Assembly: GCF_006345805.1 (NCBI RefSeq) | Contig: NC_043003.1 | Location: 41,478,001 to 41,542,000, forward strand | From: Octopus sinensis | Taxonomy: Eukaryota | Length of the DNA: 64,000 bases | Direction of reading: 5' to 3' | Shown here: one piece after another, positions 1 to 13,544 of the stretch | How the letters are laid out: each line of letters begins with the position of its first letter | How positions within the stretch are numbered: the first letter of the stretch is position 1 | Notes under the pieces: model-generated | What the model saw: the letters and a program-made list of their open reading frames with translations, nothing else | Told to the model about the DNA's origin: nothing | The model's database searches: none | Made by a program: the position numbers and the translations under genes

Positions 1-139
1 AAAGAAATATTCACACACAAGTGTTACATTCCAAGGAGTCCATTACTAATCACAGCTAAAATCACAGCTATAATACATAACATGCCAACTTCAAGTCATA
101 CAACACCTCACTACTTTAACCCATTCATATTCTCCCTTC

Positions 140-340
140 TCTGTTTTTTTCTTCTTCTTCCTCTTCTTCTCCATCATCATCATTATCATCATCATCGTCG
201 TCATAATCATCACCACCATCATCATCATCGTCATCTTCTCCTTCTCCTTCTTCTTCTTCATCATCATCATCATCATCAACATCGTCATCTTCTTCTTCTT
301 CTTCTTCTTCTTCTTCTTCTTCTTCTTCTTCTTCTACTTC
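140..340. repeat. Compound (CAT)n/(CTT)n microsatellite
   Basis: Visible trinucleotide runs; they explain the His/Leu homopolymer ORFs at 82..381 and 91..288. Confidence 0.95.
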
Positions 341-690
341 TCCACCTTCTACCCCTTAACTTTGTCACTAATGTTTTTTAGTATAACACCTACGCAAATT
401 CTATAAACAAGCCTTTCAATAGAAATATTCTCCTGAATTGAACTGCGACTGCCAGCCGCCACTGACCATTCAAAATACGACCATCAGGGCACTCCCAGAT
501 TTTCCCACCCCCTTTCCTCATCAGCCTTCTTCCTCTACTACCCTACCAAGAACTCACAACGACCTCCAATACACAAGTGCAAACAAGGGAGTCAGAGAAA
601 GGCAGAATTCCACTTATATCTGAACACTACTATAGAAATATTCCTTTAAAAAATATTTTCTTCTAATTTTTCTAAATTTAATTATTTAAT

Positions 691-740
691 CGTTACAGTT
701 GAAAAGGTCTCAGAATGACCGAAACCGGTACTGAAATGTT
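691..740 (+). ncRNA. Minimal type I hammerhead ribozyme motif, U3-A8 core variant
   Basis: CAG-TTGAAAA-GGTC(tcagaat)GACC-GAAA-CCGG-TA-CTG. Stem I is CAG/CTG (extendable to cgtt/aatg past one A-A mismatch), stem II is 4 bp, loop III is the palindrome CCGG, and predicted cleavage is GUA after 730. Confidence 0.75.
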
Positions 741-1260
741 CACTATAAAATTATTTTAGCATTTTCTATTTTTGACTTGTTTTTTCATATACATCAGCTC
801 GTGTGTTCCTTTTCACCCTTATACATATATATATATATATCCTTTTCTGCTTAATTTAAATTTGATTCCTGATAAACACTTCTTTATTGTGTTATTGCCT
901 GTATCCTAGGAGCATAATATGCTTGTATAGGTATGCCCAGGTTTAGCATAGTTAATTTATACCGGTAATAAAACCGGATATTATTATCCCTTAGACGGTT
1001 ATTCCAAACGCTAACCCTACTAACCTTTATATATAAATATATATAAAAGAAGTTTTGGTATCCAGACGACCCAAAAGGCAACTAAGGCTATGTAAGTGCT
1101 ACGGAAGAACCACTGTTAGACTCCCGGTTCTATAATAGTATGAGTGAGGAATCTAACGCGGGTCGTGTATGAGCGTGTACATGTTGAATAAAATGAGACA
1201 AAAAGGGTACATTGTGAAATTTTCTAGTGAAATTACTCGGACATTTGTAAAGAGAAATGT

Positions 1261-1310
1261 CGTCTTACAGCTGTTTCAGTTATATAAAAGACATTCCATC
1301 ATCAGAGATG
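1261..1310 (-). ncRNA. Minimal type I hammerhead motif with decayed stem II
   Basis: Minus strand reads TCT-CTGATGA-tggaatgtcttttatataact-GAAAC-AGCT-GTA-AGA. Core is canonical, stem I is TCT/AGA and loop III is palindromic, but stem II pairs poorly. Confidence 0.6.
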
Positions 1311-1539
1311 ATATGAGAGAGTTAAATAGAAGGAAATAGTAGAGTTCAATACAGAAGATATTTTGAAAACGGATAGATATAGGAAGTATAAAGGGAAATA
1401 TGAGAATAAAAATATATGTTGGATGTTATAGCTGTAGTTCTATTATCCAAGGAATGTGCTGTGTAGATTGTGTAAAGAGGCCTCTTGCCCATGGTATGTA
1501 AATTCCGATAGGAATTGAACTCCTATCGGAATTTACAAA

Positions 1540-2090
1540 GTCCTGTCAAAAGGTCTCACACATCTACCTGGAATCACTCAGCTCGTGTACGTCTCGACCC
1601 GTCAAAGAACGAACTGTGGATTTGTTACTACGCTGTGTCCCCACCACGCGGGCCCATGGTATAGCTTTGATCCCCTCGCTTCTTAGAGCACGCGCTTTGA
1701 ATCTGTCAAAGAAACTTTAATGTTTCACATTGAAGTATTGCTCTAATGCCATTCCCGCCGCTGGTACGTCAGTTGCAATATTTCCAGGTCAACCCGGGAC
1801 CAGTTCTCCCTGGCAGTTCTTGTCACATTTAGCAGGACGGTATCCGCCCCTCCACGATTACGTATTCCAGAAGCTACCAAATATCATTTCCTGATGGGAT
1901 CCTAAGAATATGGACACTCGCTGTAGGTTTCCCCATGTTGGAGGGGTACATAATGACTTTGGTGGTTTTGCAAGGGGTCTTTGAGTGTTTCATAGCGAGG
2001 GAGTATGATGTAAACATCACCGAAATGGTGCTGTTTTGTTTTCCCCTCGCCATGCATTTTGCCGGTGTACTATCGATCCTGCCAGCTCAC
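1540..2090 (-). pseudogene. Possible decayed L1/Tx1-like ORF2 fragment
   Basis: One minus frame reads ...IPWARVVGTQRSNKSTVRSLTGRDVHELSDSR*MCETF*QDF, reminiscent of the L1/Tx1 endonuclease-RT linker. Multiple stops; resemblance is from memory only. Confidence 0.3.
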
Positions 2091-2094
2091 CACC

Positions 2095-2096
<2 letters not shown>

Positions 2097-2165
<69 letters not shown>

Positions 2166-2262
2166 AAGAGAAGAAGAAGAAGAAGAAGAAGAAGGAGGAG
2201 GAGGAGGAGGAAGAGAAGAAGAAGAAGAAGAAGAAGAAGAAGAAGAAGAAGAAGAAGAAGAA
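2097..2262. repeat. (TAA)n-(GAA)n-(GAG)n compound microsatellite
   Basis: Visible; explains the poly-N/K/R and poly-E ORFs. Confidence 0.95.
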
Positions 2263-2856
2263 TGTGTAATATAGGTACTGTCTATAATATAGGCATGTTG
2301 TCGCAGAAAAACAAGCGTGTGTTAATATCAACAAGATGCGGTGATACAAGTTGCCTATACATGAATTGAAGCAATACGTGCGAATGCGATGTCGCTACAG
2401 AACAACACTGTAAGTACAAATAATAATTGTATATGCAAGCTCATCTCCACACAAATACACATAAATGTAGTGTTTGTATAATTCACAAATGAACCCGTAC
2501 ACCTCGTACATAAACAAGACAACGTAGAACACACTGGGTTGAAACAAATTAAATGAGACACATAATAATAACAATAAATATGGAATGTAACACGTCTCAT
2601 TTTAAATAGAGATAAAAAGCAGATATTCTCAGAAATAAACTTCGAAAACAAATAAAGGCTAATTTCTATCTATGAGCCTGAGGCGCTTAAGATATGAAAA
2701 CAAAAAGAGCATACAACAAGAGATGATGACCGGCGGAAAAGTTACATCCGAACAGGAAGGTCCCTCTACTAAAGTCACTGAGCAAGCGGAAAACAAAACC
2801 AAGGGAGAACGGTGGGCACATGACGACGGTAGTTGGAGGAAAGATAGCATCTCAGG

Positions 2857-3213
2857 ATTGTCATATTGAATAAGAGAGACAAATACTGACAGATCATTGA
2901 TGTAGCCATACCAAATGACATGAATGTTGTGAGTAAAGAGGTTGAAAAAATCACGAACAACTCCGAACTGAAAGTGGAAATAGCAAGAATGTATGGAATG
3001 CGAGAGGGTAATGTAAAAGTGATACCAGTAGTTATAGAAGCGATAGGCTTAATCCCATTGAAACACCAAGACTTCTTAAGACAACTGGAAATCCCATGTA
3101 AGACTGGTGTCTTGCAAAAAGCAGCCTTATTGGACTCAGCGCACAACTTACGGAAAATATTATCTGTCTGGGGTCCTTGTTGTTTGTGTTACGAAGGAAA
3201 AATAATAATAATA

Positions 3214-3272
<59 letters not shown>

Positions 3273-3283
3273 GTTATAATAAT
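2857..3283 (+). mobile_element. 5'-truncated R4/Dong-like non-LTR retrotransposon (REL endonuclease C-terminus) with (TAA)n tail
   Basis: Translates IVILNKRDKY*QIIDVAIPNDMNVVSKEVEKITNNSELKVEIARMYG...VKVIPVVIEAIGLIP...LQKAALLDSAHNLRKILSV, the typical restriction-enzyme-like C-terminus of R4/Dong-type elements. Followed directly by (TAA)n at about 3204-3283. Confidence 0.85.
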
Positions 3284-4392
3284 AAAAGACGCTGATATAC
3301 TTTTCCGTCCTCTTAAATAATGAAGTGATTGAAGAGGTAAATGCAGCTTTCTGGGTTAGACTAGTCCAGTAGCAGTTTACTAAATAAGCATGATATATAG
3401 AGCGTTAAACCCATTGACTTTGAAAGAAAATGAAACCACTTTTTTATACAGAATATACTTATTCACGTTTACTGCTAAATCAGAGTTTTACAAATCATAA
3501 TTAAAAAATTCAAACGCATATACGAACACACCGAAAATCAGCGTATATATATGACTAGGGCAGTTATAAATTTACACCTGTTGGAGGATCCATGCAACTG
3601 TATTTATTTATAGATTGCTAAAGCAAGTTTCCAGCTACGAAATGATAGTCTTGATTACATTCCCAAACGCTGCAAATTTCTTTGTCTTCTGTTCTACCGT
3701 TGACACAGTATACAGACTTCATTATCATGATTGAAATATTTTGAACTCCTTTCATTATTCTCTTCGTTACTTTCGTTATTGTTCTCATTACTTGAAGTAA
3801 GTAAAATCGAACACTATGGGAACCTTCTTGCAATAAGAAACGCATTGTGTCAACTCAGATTAATATTTATAGTTCACTGTTCGGAAAGCAAAGCGAAGCA
3901 GCATATCACTTGTTACTATGGAAGCCTATTTGCGGCAATGAAAGGGATAATAATACTTTATTTCGGACATAGGCTAATAGATAAAGCATTAGAATAACAT
4001 ATATAAAAAATATATATATAGTGGTCTTTTGTAGGGAGTTTTCAAATTCATTCAAATAAGAAGACACATATTTATGATACATATGATGTTCCTAAACTAC
4101 ATTTCTTTTTAAAATAAAAGCTGTTCTGTGTAAAGAAATGGCAACGCATATAGATATTTTCTTCGCAAATCTGATTGACATTACTCATATATGCTTTAAA
4201 GCCGTGTTTGCATTTTCATCAAATAATAAATAAGTGCCATCTTACTGTCACGAATATAAAACAGATTTAAATTATTAAGAAGTAATATTTATCCCCACTT
4301 AAACGTAAATGTTCTGTTAGAGCAAACTATATATGCTATTATTAATTATTAACTGCACCACTAAAAAATTTATATTATGTATATTAGTCTTA

Positions 4393-4645
4393 TGTGGAGA
4401 CGCGTTATTTAGTAGTTAGGGTGTCAGCATCATGATCGTAATATTGTGGTTTCGATTCCTGGACCGGGCGACGCGTTGTGTTCTTGAGCAAAACATCTCA
4501 TTTCAGTTTGCTCCAGTCCACTCAGCTAGCAAAAAAGAGTAGTGCTGCAATGGACAGGTGTCCCATCCAGCTTGGGAACACATACGCCATGGAAACCGGA
4601 AAACCGGGCTCATGAGCTTGGTTAGCCTTTAAAAGGGCGCATTTA
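4393..4645 (+). mobile_element. tRNA-derived SINE
   Basis: tRNA-like head with B box (gtttcgattcc), conserved tgttgtgttcttgagcaaaac...ttgctccagtccactcagct core shared with 50457-50782, and (att)n tail. Confidence 0.8.
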
Positions 4646-4669
4646 TTATTTATTATTATATTAGTCTTA

Positions 4670-4940
4670 TAGGCACAGGTGTGGCTTTGTGCTAAGATGC
4701 TTGCTTCCCAACCACATGATTCCGGGTTCAGTCCTACTGCGCGTTGAAATGGCAGAATCGTTAGCACGCTGGACGAAAGGCTTAGCGGTATTTCGTCCGT
4801 GTGAACGTTCTGAGTTCGACTTGGTCTTTCATCCTTCCGGGGTCGATAAATTAAGTACCAGTTGCGTAATGGGGTCGATCTAATCCACTGGCCCCGCCCC
4901 ACAAATTTCAGGCCTTGCGCCTATTGTAGAAAGGATTATG
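4670..4940 (+). mobile_element. SINE 5' fragment followed by a second SINE family copy
   Basis: 4670-4745 matches the head of 14761-15085. 4748-4940 matches the family at 60849-61265 (ggcagaatcgttagcacg...ctttcatcc...ggggtcgataaattaagtaccag). Confidence 0.8.
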
Positions 4941-7466
4941 TACATTAGTCTGAATTTTTTCCGTTGAGTTTTGTTTTATATTGCAACAATTTTCCCTCCT
5001 TAAGATTGAAAAAGAAAACCAATGAAGAGCAATCATTATTAAATTTACTTAGCATATACATAAAAAAAGCAAAGCTGTTTTACAAAGAGGAAATGCAATA
5101 AAAACATAACACTACTTTAACTTTGTAAAGAAAGATACATTCTAAAAAGGAAATAATTTTTCTTTTTAGAATGTTTCTGAGCCATGTGGCGTGTTTTAAA
5201 TGTTTAAAACGCATTAACATAGTGTTGCAATCTCGCTGCTCTATCTTTATATTGCCTATACTGATAAGAAATATTTGCGCCTGCAATATAATAATATTCG
5301 ATTATTCCTTCGTTATTTCTTTGTCTCTTTAAAATATTTATCTTTTTATTTGTTTATTATTATTATTACTATTATTATTATTATTATTATTATGCTTTTT
5401 TCTTTGGTAAATTGCAGATTGTAATGTAGATAAAGAAAAAAACAAATGTTTGTGTAAATTTATTAGTGAATAAACATGCATGACGATGAGTTTCCTGACG
5501 ATGTTTTGTTGGTTTACAATGTAATTGAATTTTGATATAATGAATGAAAAGCGGCGTTTCAACTCTACGAATAAAAACATTGAAAAATTCTTTAAAGATG
5601 GAATTAGTCATTGGATAAAAAAAAAACAAAAGAAAAACTCAAATGAAAATTATGAATTTTCTTACGATATATTGCGTATATAGTTAGTTGGCTTGTAATT
5701 AGTTTACATGCGATATAATTATTCGTAATGAATTTGCAGCGAGTAACTGTCACGTACTAGGGTAGATACCTCCCGTTAAATAGACAGTATGCTCCATGGA
5801 CAAACACCTCGAAAATATACTCAACTGTTTCTATGCCAGTTTTCTCTTCTTCTATAGTATAGAATCACAGCACTTTTCAAGAAAACATATTGCATTTCAC
5901 CCGACTGTACGCACACACACACACACACATTGTATATTGACATGAACAAGAATAGCATGCAAGTAAAATCCTCACGCGTGTTACAGATTCTAGGGTGTGC
6001 AATCGCTGAGTACCTTTCCGAGTGAATGCACATCTTCAACACAAACAGCTTGCATCGCGAATATCTGCTCTCATATTCAGTTCCCAAAAAATATTTCAGA
6101 TCCCAGTAGCAACTGAAATCACGCAAGACTAAAATCTGGAAATGGATTCTGTTACATATTATCATTTTTTAAATATCTAATTTTTTTTAAAATTTCTCTT
6201 GCGATTCGTGGCTTTAAGCCAATATTTATGAATATTCTGGATGCTTGAGATTTATAAACACATGGAATTTCCGGTTCTGTAGTTGACTAAATTCTCATTT
6301 GATCGATTGCAAATTTATGCGATAGTGACGTTGAATTATTTTAAGAATTAATGATAAGACAACTTGATTAATATTTCAGTGAATCAAATTGACTAATTAC
6401 TAATTGTAAATATGATTATTTATTTGGGCAAATTGAGTGAAGTAAAGAGAAAGTGCCAATAATTAAAGAAATTGTCTACTGTACTACTAAATATTAGACA
6501 TTTGGTCGGTTGGTTATATTAGTAATTAGAAATTTAAATATATAAGACAGCAGAGATTAACAAGCTATTAATGTTGATGAACAATAATTTAATAGAATGA
6601 CAGATATTTGTTTTATAATTTAGTCAAAAAGAAGTGAGTAATATAGGAGGACAGGCAGTTCGATATGAATTATCGCATCCTGGACTAGTGATTTTTTGAT
6701 GTTACTTTGATGTCTGTGAAAAGTACAGAGACCAGAGTTGCAACCCGTTGAAATTCTAAAAGAACGAAAGGCTGTAATGGATATCTAATACAGCTTATAA
6801 TAGTTGAGTGAAAGAAACTATAACCTTAAGATAAAGAAACGTATCTGAGTGGGTTGATATACAACTTAATCTTTAGAGTTTTAATACTGTTGTATTAATT
6901 CCAGAAAACACAGAGGCAAGACAACGCGTTTGTTGATAAGCTGTAGTAGCATGTGGGTATCTGAATATGTACCAATAAACCAGATGAAGATTTTGGACGT
7001 AGTCTACGCTGTTCGTGCGTTAGCCGGCAGCGTAGTCACAGTTGATTGATTGCCAATTTACAAGTAAAATTAATGAATTCCCCCCGATGTTTAGAAATAT
7101 ACCGAATGACCATAGTGGAATTGTTGCTTAACGTGGATCGATATATGTGAACGTCACATTGATTGTAATCTTGAAAAGATCAACAAGTTTCCTTTTTGGT
7201 TGATGACAGGGGGCGGACCTGATAAAGATAGATTACTAACAAACCCGTTTGAAGGGATTAAATAAGGGAAAAAGGCGGATCTACAGAACTTAGAAATCTC
7301 ATATTGAATCGCAAATATAATTGGGTAAGGTCTTTTAAAAGTCCATTTCTTCCACACATCAAACAATATAATAGAAATGATAGCGTAAAATGTATTGAGT
7401 TAAAGAGATTATAGAGACTTCGAATTAGGCTTTAAACATATATACGCACTTTCAATATTGCTCACC

Positions 7467-7467
<1 letters not shown>

Positions 7468-7525
<58 letters not shown>

Positions 7526-7583
7526 ATTATTATTATTATTAATATTAATATTATTATTATTAATATTAATATTATTATATTAA

Positions 7584-7617
<34 letters not shown>

Positions 7618-7769
7618 ATTAATATTATTATTATTAATATTAATATTCTTATTATTAATATCATTATTATTATTAATATTAATATTATTATTATTATCAT
7701 ATTATTATTATTATTAATATTATTATTATTATCAATATTATTATTATTATTATTATATTATTATTATTA

Positions 7770-7800
<31 letters not shown>

Positions 7801-7810
7801 TATTATTATT
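7468..7810. repeat. (ATT)n microsatellite with ATTAAT variants
   Basis: Visible. Confidence 0.95.
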
Positions 7811-8365
7811 CGAGATAGAGCTAGGAAAAGGTGATCTATTAATTAGTTACTTCTCTTTATGTTCTGTACCCTGTGAGACAGACTAGACTTTCTATTATTT
7901 GTTGTTTGAAATACCACCAAAGTATTAAGATAAAAAAAATAGATTAAAGGGCCAATTATATATATATATATATATAACTTTATTCTTTTAATATTAAGAG
8001 AATTGTGGTTATCACACGTATTTATTTGTACATTTATTTATTAATCGATTAGTTAGTGAAAGGAAGCATTGTTTTCTGATTTTCAGGTGGTCTCCTAAAT
8101 ACTTAGCATCACATTAAATATCGTATCGAACAAGAAACATGAAATGTGTTCCCCCTTATAGGATTTGATATCACAATGTAAAAATACACCACTAAAAGCT
8201 TTTACAGAAAAATGCCCCGCGACAATTAAGTTACGCGATAAACTAGTATGAGAGAGAGCCGAGACCGAGCTTCTGTTTGTTTTCCACTAGGTACATACTG
8301 AAAACAATAAGCGAATGCATAAAAGCATCGTATACTTTAACAAACCGTAGCGTCTACTCGCCTGC

Positions 8366-8443
<78 letters not shown>

Positions 8444-8447
<4 letters not shown>

Positions 8448-8630
8448 AGAATTCACGAAAAATAAAAACAAAAGACGAAGATAAGTGGTGTAGAAAACAA
8501 ACAGATGTATTAGTATAACGCTCAGGAATTGAAAAAGTCTTTTACGTTTCGAGCCTACGCTCTTCTACAGAAAGGAACACAGAAAGAAACAAGGAGAGAA
8601 AAAATGTGTGTAGTGGCTACCGATCTATCA
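8444..8630 (-). mobile_element. Short (TA)n-flanked non-coding element carrying a hammerhead-like motif
   Basis: About 185 bp between two TA tracts. Related to 50255-50455: both have the AGAGC..GCTCGAAACGT motif followed by cctgagcg. Confidence 0.65.
8539..8574 (-). ncRNA. Minimal hammerhead-like motif (A6 changed to U, probably inactive)
   Basis: Minus strand reads CTTT-CTGTAGA-A-GAGC(GTAG)GCTC-GAAAC-GTA-AAAG. Stems I and II are perfect, but the core deviates at position 6. Confidence 0.6.
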
Positions 8631-8829
8631 TATATATATACATATATAAACTGCACTTCAAAACTATTATTGAAATCCAAATAAAAATTAGATAATAATT
8701 TTTAAAAAACGCAAAGAGCCAGAAACTTCCTGTTCAATAATACAACGCCAGGTTGGATAATATTGCGAAAATTGTGCAAATCAGGGAAATTATGATATAT
8801 TTCAATGATATTCTTATGCAATACACCAA

Positions 8830-9775
8830 CAATAGTGTGTTTGACCACTACCTTTCTGAATTCGAAGACACGAGATTTCATGCTCCCAATCAACGTCTGC
8901 AGCAGATCAAGTGGAAGCTCTTTCCATGTATTCTTTATTGTCGTTTGAAGTTCATCAACAAATAAATACTGCTTACCTTCGCTGTACACAACATTCATGA
9001 GATATCCCAAAACATTCTCTATAGGATTATTGTCGGAACTTCTTGCTGTCCTTGGCAAGATTTCATGGATGAAATCCAAACTTGCCTTTACTTTATGAAT
9101 AGGAGAATTGTCCTGTTGAAATACAAAGTTCTCACTATGGAGCCTTCTTCCTTTTTCGTCAATGTGCACCCAGTTCAACTTATTGATAACAGCATTGAAA
9201 CGGCTATCTATGGTGTCAAGTGGCAGCTTCTGATTGTCAGGTATTGCCCCCTACTCCATAAGACCTCCGCTGTTCTGCCACCTGGAATAAGTACTATTTT
9301 GTATACACTTATATGCTCAGTAATACTTATAATCGTCTGGGGACAATCCAAATTCCATTTTTCTCATCAGAGAACTCTGGTCTATTCACCATCTCACGTC
9401 TGATGCTGCTGAGCAAACTCCGTGCTAACAGCTTTGTCATAGCTGCTTCTTCAGCTGGAAACCATGGTTCAAAATCACTCTCCTTACGATAAATGTCGAG
9501 GCTCCTACTCCTGCTGATACCTTGAATTAGGAAATAGAAGAGCAGCGTGACTTCACAGCTCTGACAATGGCCCTTTCCTCTCTTTCTGATTTAGCCTTGG
9601 GACGTCCACCAACATGGACCATGTTGTAGCCGTCAGAATCTCAGAAAATTGTCCACTGGCGTCCTGCTTCGTCGAATCTTCTCGGCAATCTTCCGTTACG
9701 CATTCCTTTCACTTTTTGTGCAAGAATCATCCCTTGCTCAGTTTCGGAAAGCTTTGTAGCATTAAGCAAACTGGA
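8830..9775 (-). pseudogene. Decayed Tc1/Tc3-like DD34E transposase
   Basis: Colinear motifs across frameshifts: ATKLSETEQGMI, GGRPKAKSEREERAIVRAV, FSDEKKWNLDCPD, FVFQQDNSPIHK, ARSSDNNPIENVLG, TWKELPLDLLQTLIGSMKSRVFE. These closely parallel the C. elegans Tc3 transposase layout. TIRs not confidently found. Confidence 0.9.
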
Positions 9776-11232
9776 AGTGCAATCTGATCACGGAGAATAC
9801 GATTGAGTCTAATATTTTCTGAAACAATCTGGAAAGGAATGAATATTTATTTGTGGCTTTATAGTTTAGATGTGTTAATATGCTAGGAAAAATTGGAAAA
9901 TCAAATATTGTAATGTGATATTAAAGATACAAGTCATACATTTCAATGTATTCACAATATACCCATTTACAATATATTATGACCACTCGTCCACTTAAAT
10001 TACAGAGCTAAATTCCTCAGTAACTTCAAAAAACACGTGGGTTTATAGTATTGAATAGTAGTTTAATGCTTCACCAGTACTTACTTGGTATTGGTTATCA
10101 TTTTATTTTGTACTCAACAGTCTTTAAAAATCTTATTTTAGAAAATATTTGAGCCACCGAAATATTTCTTTACAATAAATCAATTTCGACAAGAATTATT
10201 TGTATGGTGGCAGCGTGTAACCATTCAGAAACGCAGAAGGACTGTTAACTTCGCTTGAAATCTTTTTGTAATATGGGTTCAAAAGTTTTCGTCCCTCGAA
10301 CTTACACGCTGTTCGCTGATAATGTTACTGGTATACGGGGTTTGTGATATATTTTATAACATCTTCTTCTTCAATGAATGACTGAATATGGTGTGGCATA
10401 GAGGAATCCAACACGTGATTCTACAAAAGATTGCTGTAAGACAAGGAGATCTCGACTGCGGCCTCCAGTTGTACTCCCACTTTTAAATTAGCCCTGTAGT
10501 TTCTTTCAGAGTTTCATGTTAGAAGATTTATCTGTTTCAGCAGTCATACTTATGTGACGTTCGTCAACCTAACAAGAACTGCGGTTTCTTTTGGCGTTTT
10601 GCAGCTGCAGAAGTCAGCTGCAATATAAATTTTACATCACAAATAACTTTTCGAGAGACAGAAGCAAAAACTACTACAAGATATCAGACCGCTGTCGCAG
10701 TTGTGATTGTGAAGAAAAACTATGGAGCAACGCAGACACACACACATACACACACACACACACACACATATATATTATATAAAATTTTTAGCTGTTTTAG
10801 TATCGCATAAATGCGCTCAGAAATTATTATCATAATATTTAATTAGTTATATACTAACACTTTTTAATCTGCAATAGTCATTCTGGAAATTACTGGGATT
10901 GGAAAGAAGTACCACTAGTCCTTGCATTAAGAATAGGTATAAAAATTCTTTGATTACTAACTCTTTCTATAATATTCAAATCTCTGGAGACACACGTGCA
11001 CATACTGACGCACGTATTCGTGTACTCACACATACATGTACATACACAAGTATGCTTACTCATTAATGCTAATAATATCGAGCCACATCAAACAATAACA
11101 AAAGTCTGATCGAGCACATATAGAGCGTTTACATATATGTACACACACACACACACAACACACACATATATGTATACATTGACATGTATACTCTCACACA
11201 CTCACACACACACATATATGAATATATGTATA

Positions 11233-11293
<61 letters not shown>

Positions 11294-11991
11294 GTTGAGA
11301 AACACGCATGTTAAAGCTAATGATATATATGAAGCTACATCAAACGAAAGTATCACACAAGGATTTATAGACCGTGTACAACGTGGTTACTAACAGTCTC
11401 TAATCGAATTTTTCATTAATGGTAAGACTAAGAATTTACATCCAAACTACTGTCGACTTCACAAAGAAATCTGCTAGTGGTGATGCTGACGATAGCAATA
11501 TAGTAATATTGGAAGGAAATATTCCGAAACAATAACAGTCTTTAATGCTAACCGCAATTACTTAAATGGCATTCGTTTGTGTCCGAATATATTATACAAG
11601 ACAACGAAACGTTTTTTGTAGGATAAATGCTCGGTATAAATGTACAGAACAGGAATATATAAAATTATATGCATTGATGTCATACGGTTAAATGGAAAAC
11701 CTGACATGTTTCATCATAAATTATTTATTGCTCTAAGGAGAGTTGCTGACTGTAAAAACAGCGAAGTTCTGGATTAAATTCATCAACATACTTACGTTTC
11801 CTCTTCTTCAACATTCTGAGTCCAAATTTAAGCTAGGTCGACATTGATTTTCGAGCTGCTGAATATAATTCAGATATGCAAATTGTATACCAAACTATAG
11901 TGGTATTTATTAACTCAGATATTACCATATTTTCTTCAATTTATATTTGTTATATATCTAAAAAGATTATGGAGTTCCAGAGTTCTGAAGA

Positions 11992-12100
11992 ATGTGGAAC
12001 CATATCTTAGCCAATATTGATCCCACGACTACCATGAAGTCACCTGAACAAGGGTACGTTGAAATCGGGGGATGCAACATGGTGGGTGTGAACTATTTCG
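11992..12100 (+). CDS. Candidate short first coding exon of an unidentified gene
   Basis: ATG-initiated open stretch MWNHILANIDPTTTMKSPEQGYVEIGGCNMVGVNYF(G) in non-repetitive DNA, ending at a strong donor G|GTAAGC (12101). No homology recognised. Confidence 0.2.
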
Positions 12101-12561
12101 GTAAGCAAATACCGAATATCAGGCAGAGTCTTTATGCAAATGATAAGTAGACGCACTAGTTCTGTTTCATTTTATCATTATTATGTTTGCTCAATTCGTT
12201 AACATTTAACCAATTAACTGACTGTTTGATTAATCGCTCGGTTGAACAATCAGCCAATCAATCAACTAGGTACCGTAGTTCAGTATAAAATTATTTTAAT
12301 CTTACTAAGCACGACAATATGTCCGACTGCATTTCTGGTCCAGAAACTAGCTTTTCCAGTGCGAAATATTACTTAAATTTTGATAAATTTATCTCTGTAA
12401 AGGAAACGTAGTAGTCACAAAACTTCTGTTCTGTTAAGCGAGGACATGAAATATATTGCAAAATTCTATTGAGAATAAGTTCTCAAGCGTCCAGCTTTTG
12501 CATACCGTGAAATATTATTCCAAAACGAATCATACTATGTCACAAACTGTTCAGGTTTGAA

Positions 12562-12574
12562 AGTAGTAGTAGTT

Positions 12575-12608
<34 letters not shown>

Positions 12609-12645
12609 CAGCAGCAGTAGTAGTAGCAGCAGTAGTAGTAGTAGC

Positions 12646-12693
<48 letters not shown>

Positions 12694-12697
12694 TGTT

Positions 12698-12728
<31 letters not shown>

Positions 12729-12735
12729 TAGTAGT

Positions 12736-12776
<41 letters not shown>

Positions 12777-12826
12777 TAGTAGCAGTAGTAGTAGTAGTAG
12801 TAAGAAGCAGCAGCAGCAGCAGTAGC

Positions 12827-12878
<52 letters not shown>
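12562..12878. repeat. (AGT)n/(AGC)n microsatellite
   Basis: Visible; explains the poly-V/A/S ORF at 12557..13252. Confidence 0.95.
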
Positions 12879-12879
<1 letters not shown>

Positions 12880-13544
12880 AAAAGGAGTACTTGAAGAAGA
12901 CCTGTTACTCTCGTGCTACATAGGTTTGATAATTAGAGTCACGAGTAGACATAAAAGCTTGCTCAGCCCTCCCAAACTAAAAGCAACCAAGTGGGACAGC
13001 GAGTATGTGTCACTCATGGTCAAATCTCGCAGCGACACCGCTCTGCTGATACTAACACGGAATGAAATGTTTCCGTCAGACTCAAGTCACAAATCACGGG
13101 CCATGAGCTCAATATCCAAACGAATTCGTTGCGCACGCGCTCACACAAACACGGAATATTTATATTGTTTATCTATTATTTTCATACCTATTATTTTCAT
13201 ATTATTTTCATGTGCATGTGTCTATGTGAATTTGTGTATATCACTCTGTTGATATATATATATATATATATATAAATGAGGATAAGATCGTTATTTAAAT
13301 ATCGATCTTATCACCATGGGAATAAAAACCCGCAAAGGTAATAATTATTATTAAAATTATAATTTAGGGTATCTAAGAGGAAATAGCAGCAATAACTTGA
13401 CTCTAAAATTTAATGTGGTTTTAGAGTCATCTTTTGGCTGCAAAAGATCAGCTTAGGTGACAGGGCCAGAATTACCACAGCTAACACCTACTCAGATATC
13501 GTACCCATATTCCTACTGAACATTGGAGGTCTGCTAAAACTCAA

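Noticed and set aside
6014-6135. Minus-strand AG...GT bounded open stretch
   Set aside because: No recognisable protein; such sites arise by chance at this AT content.
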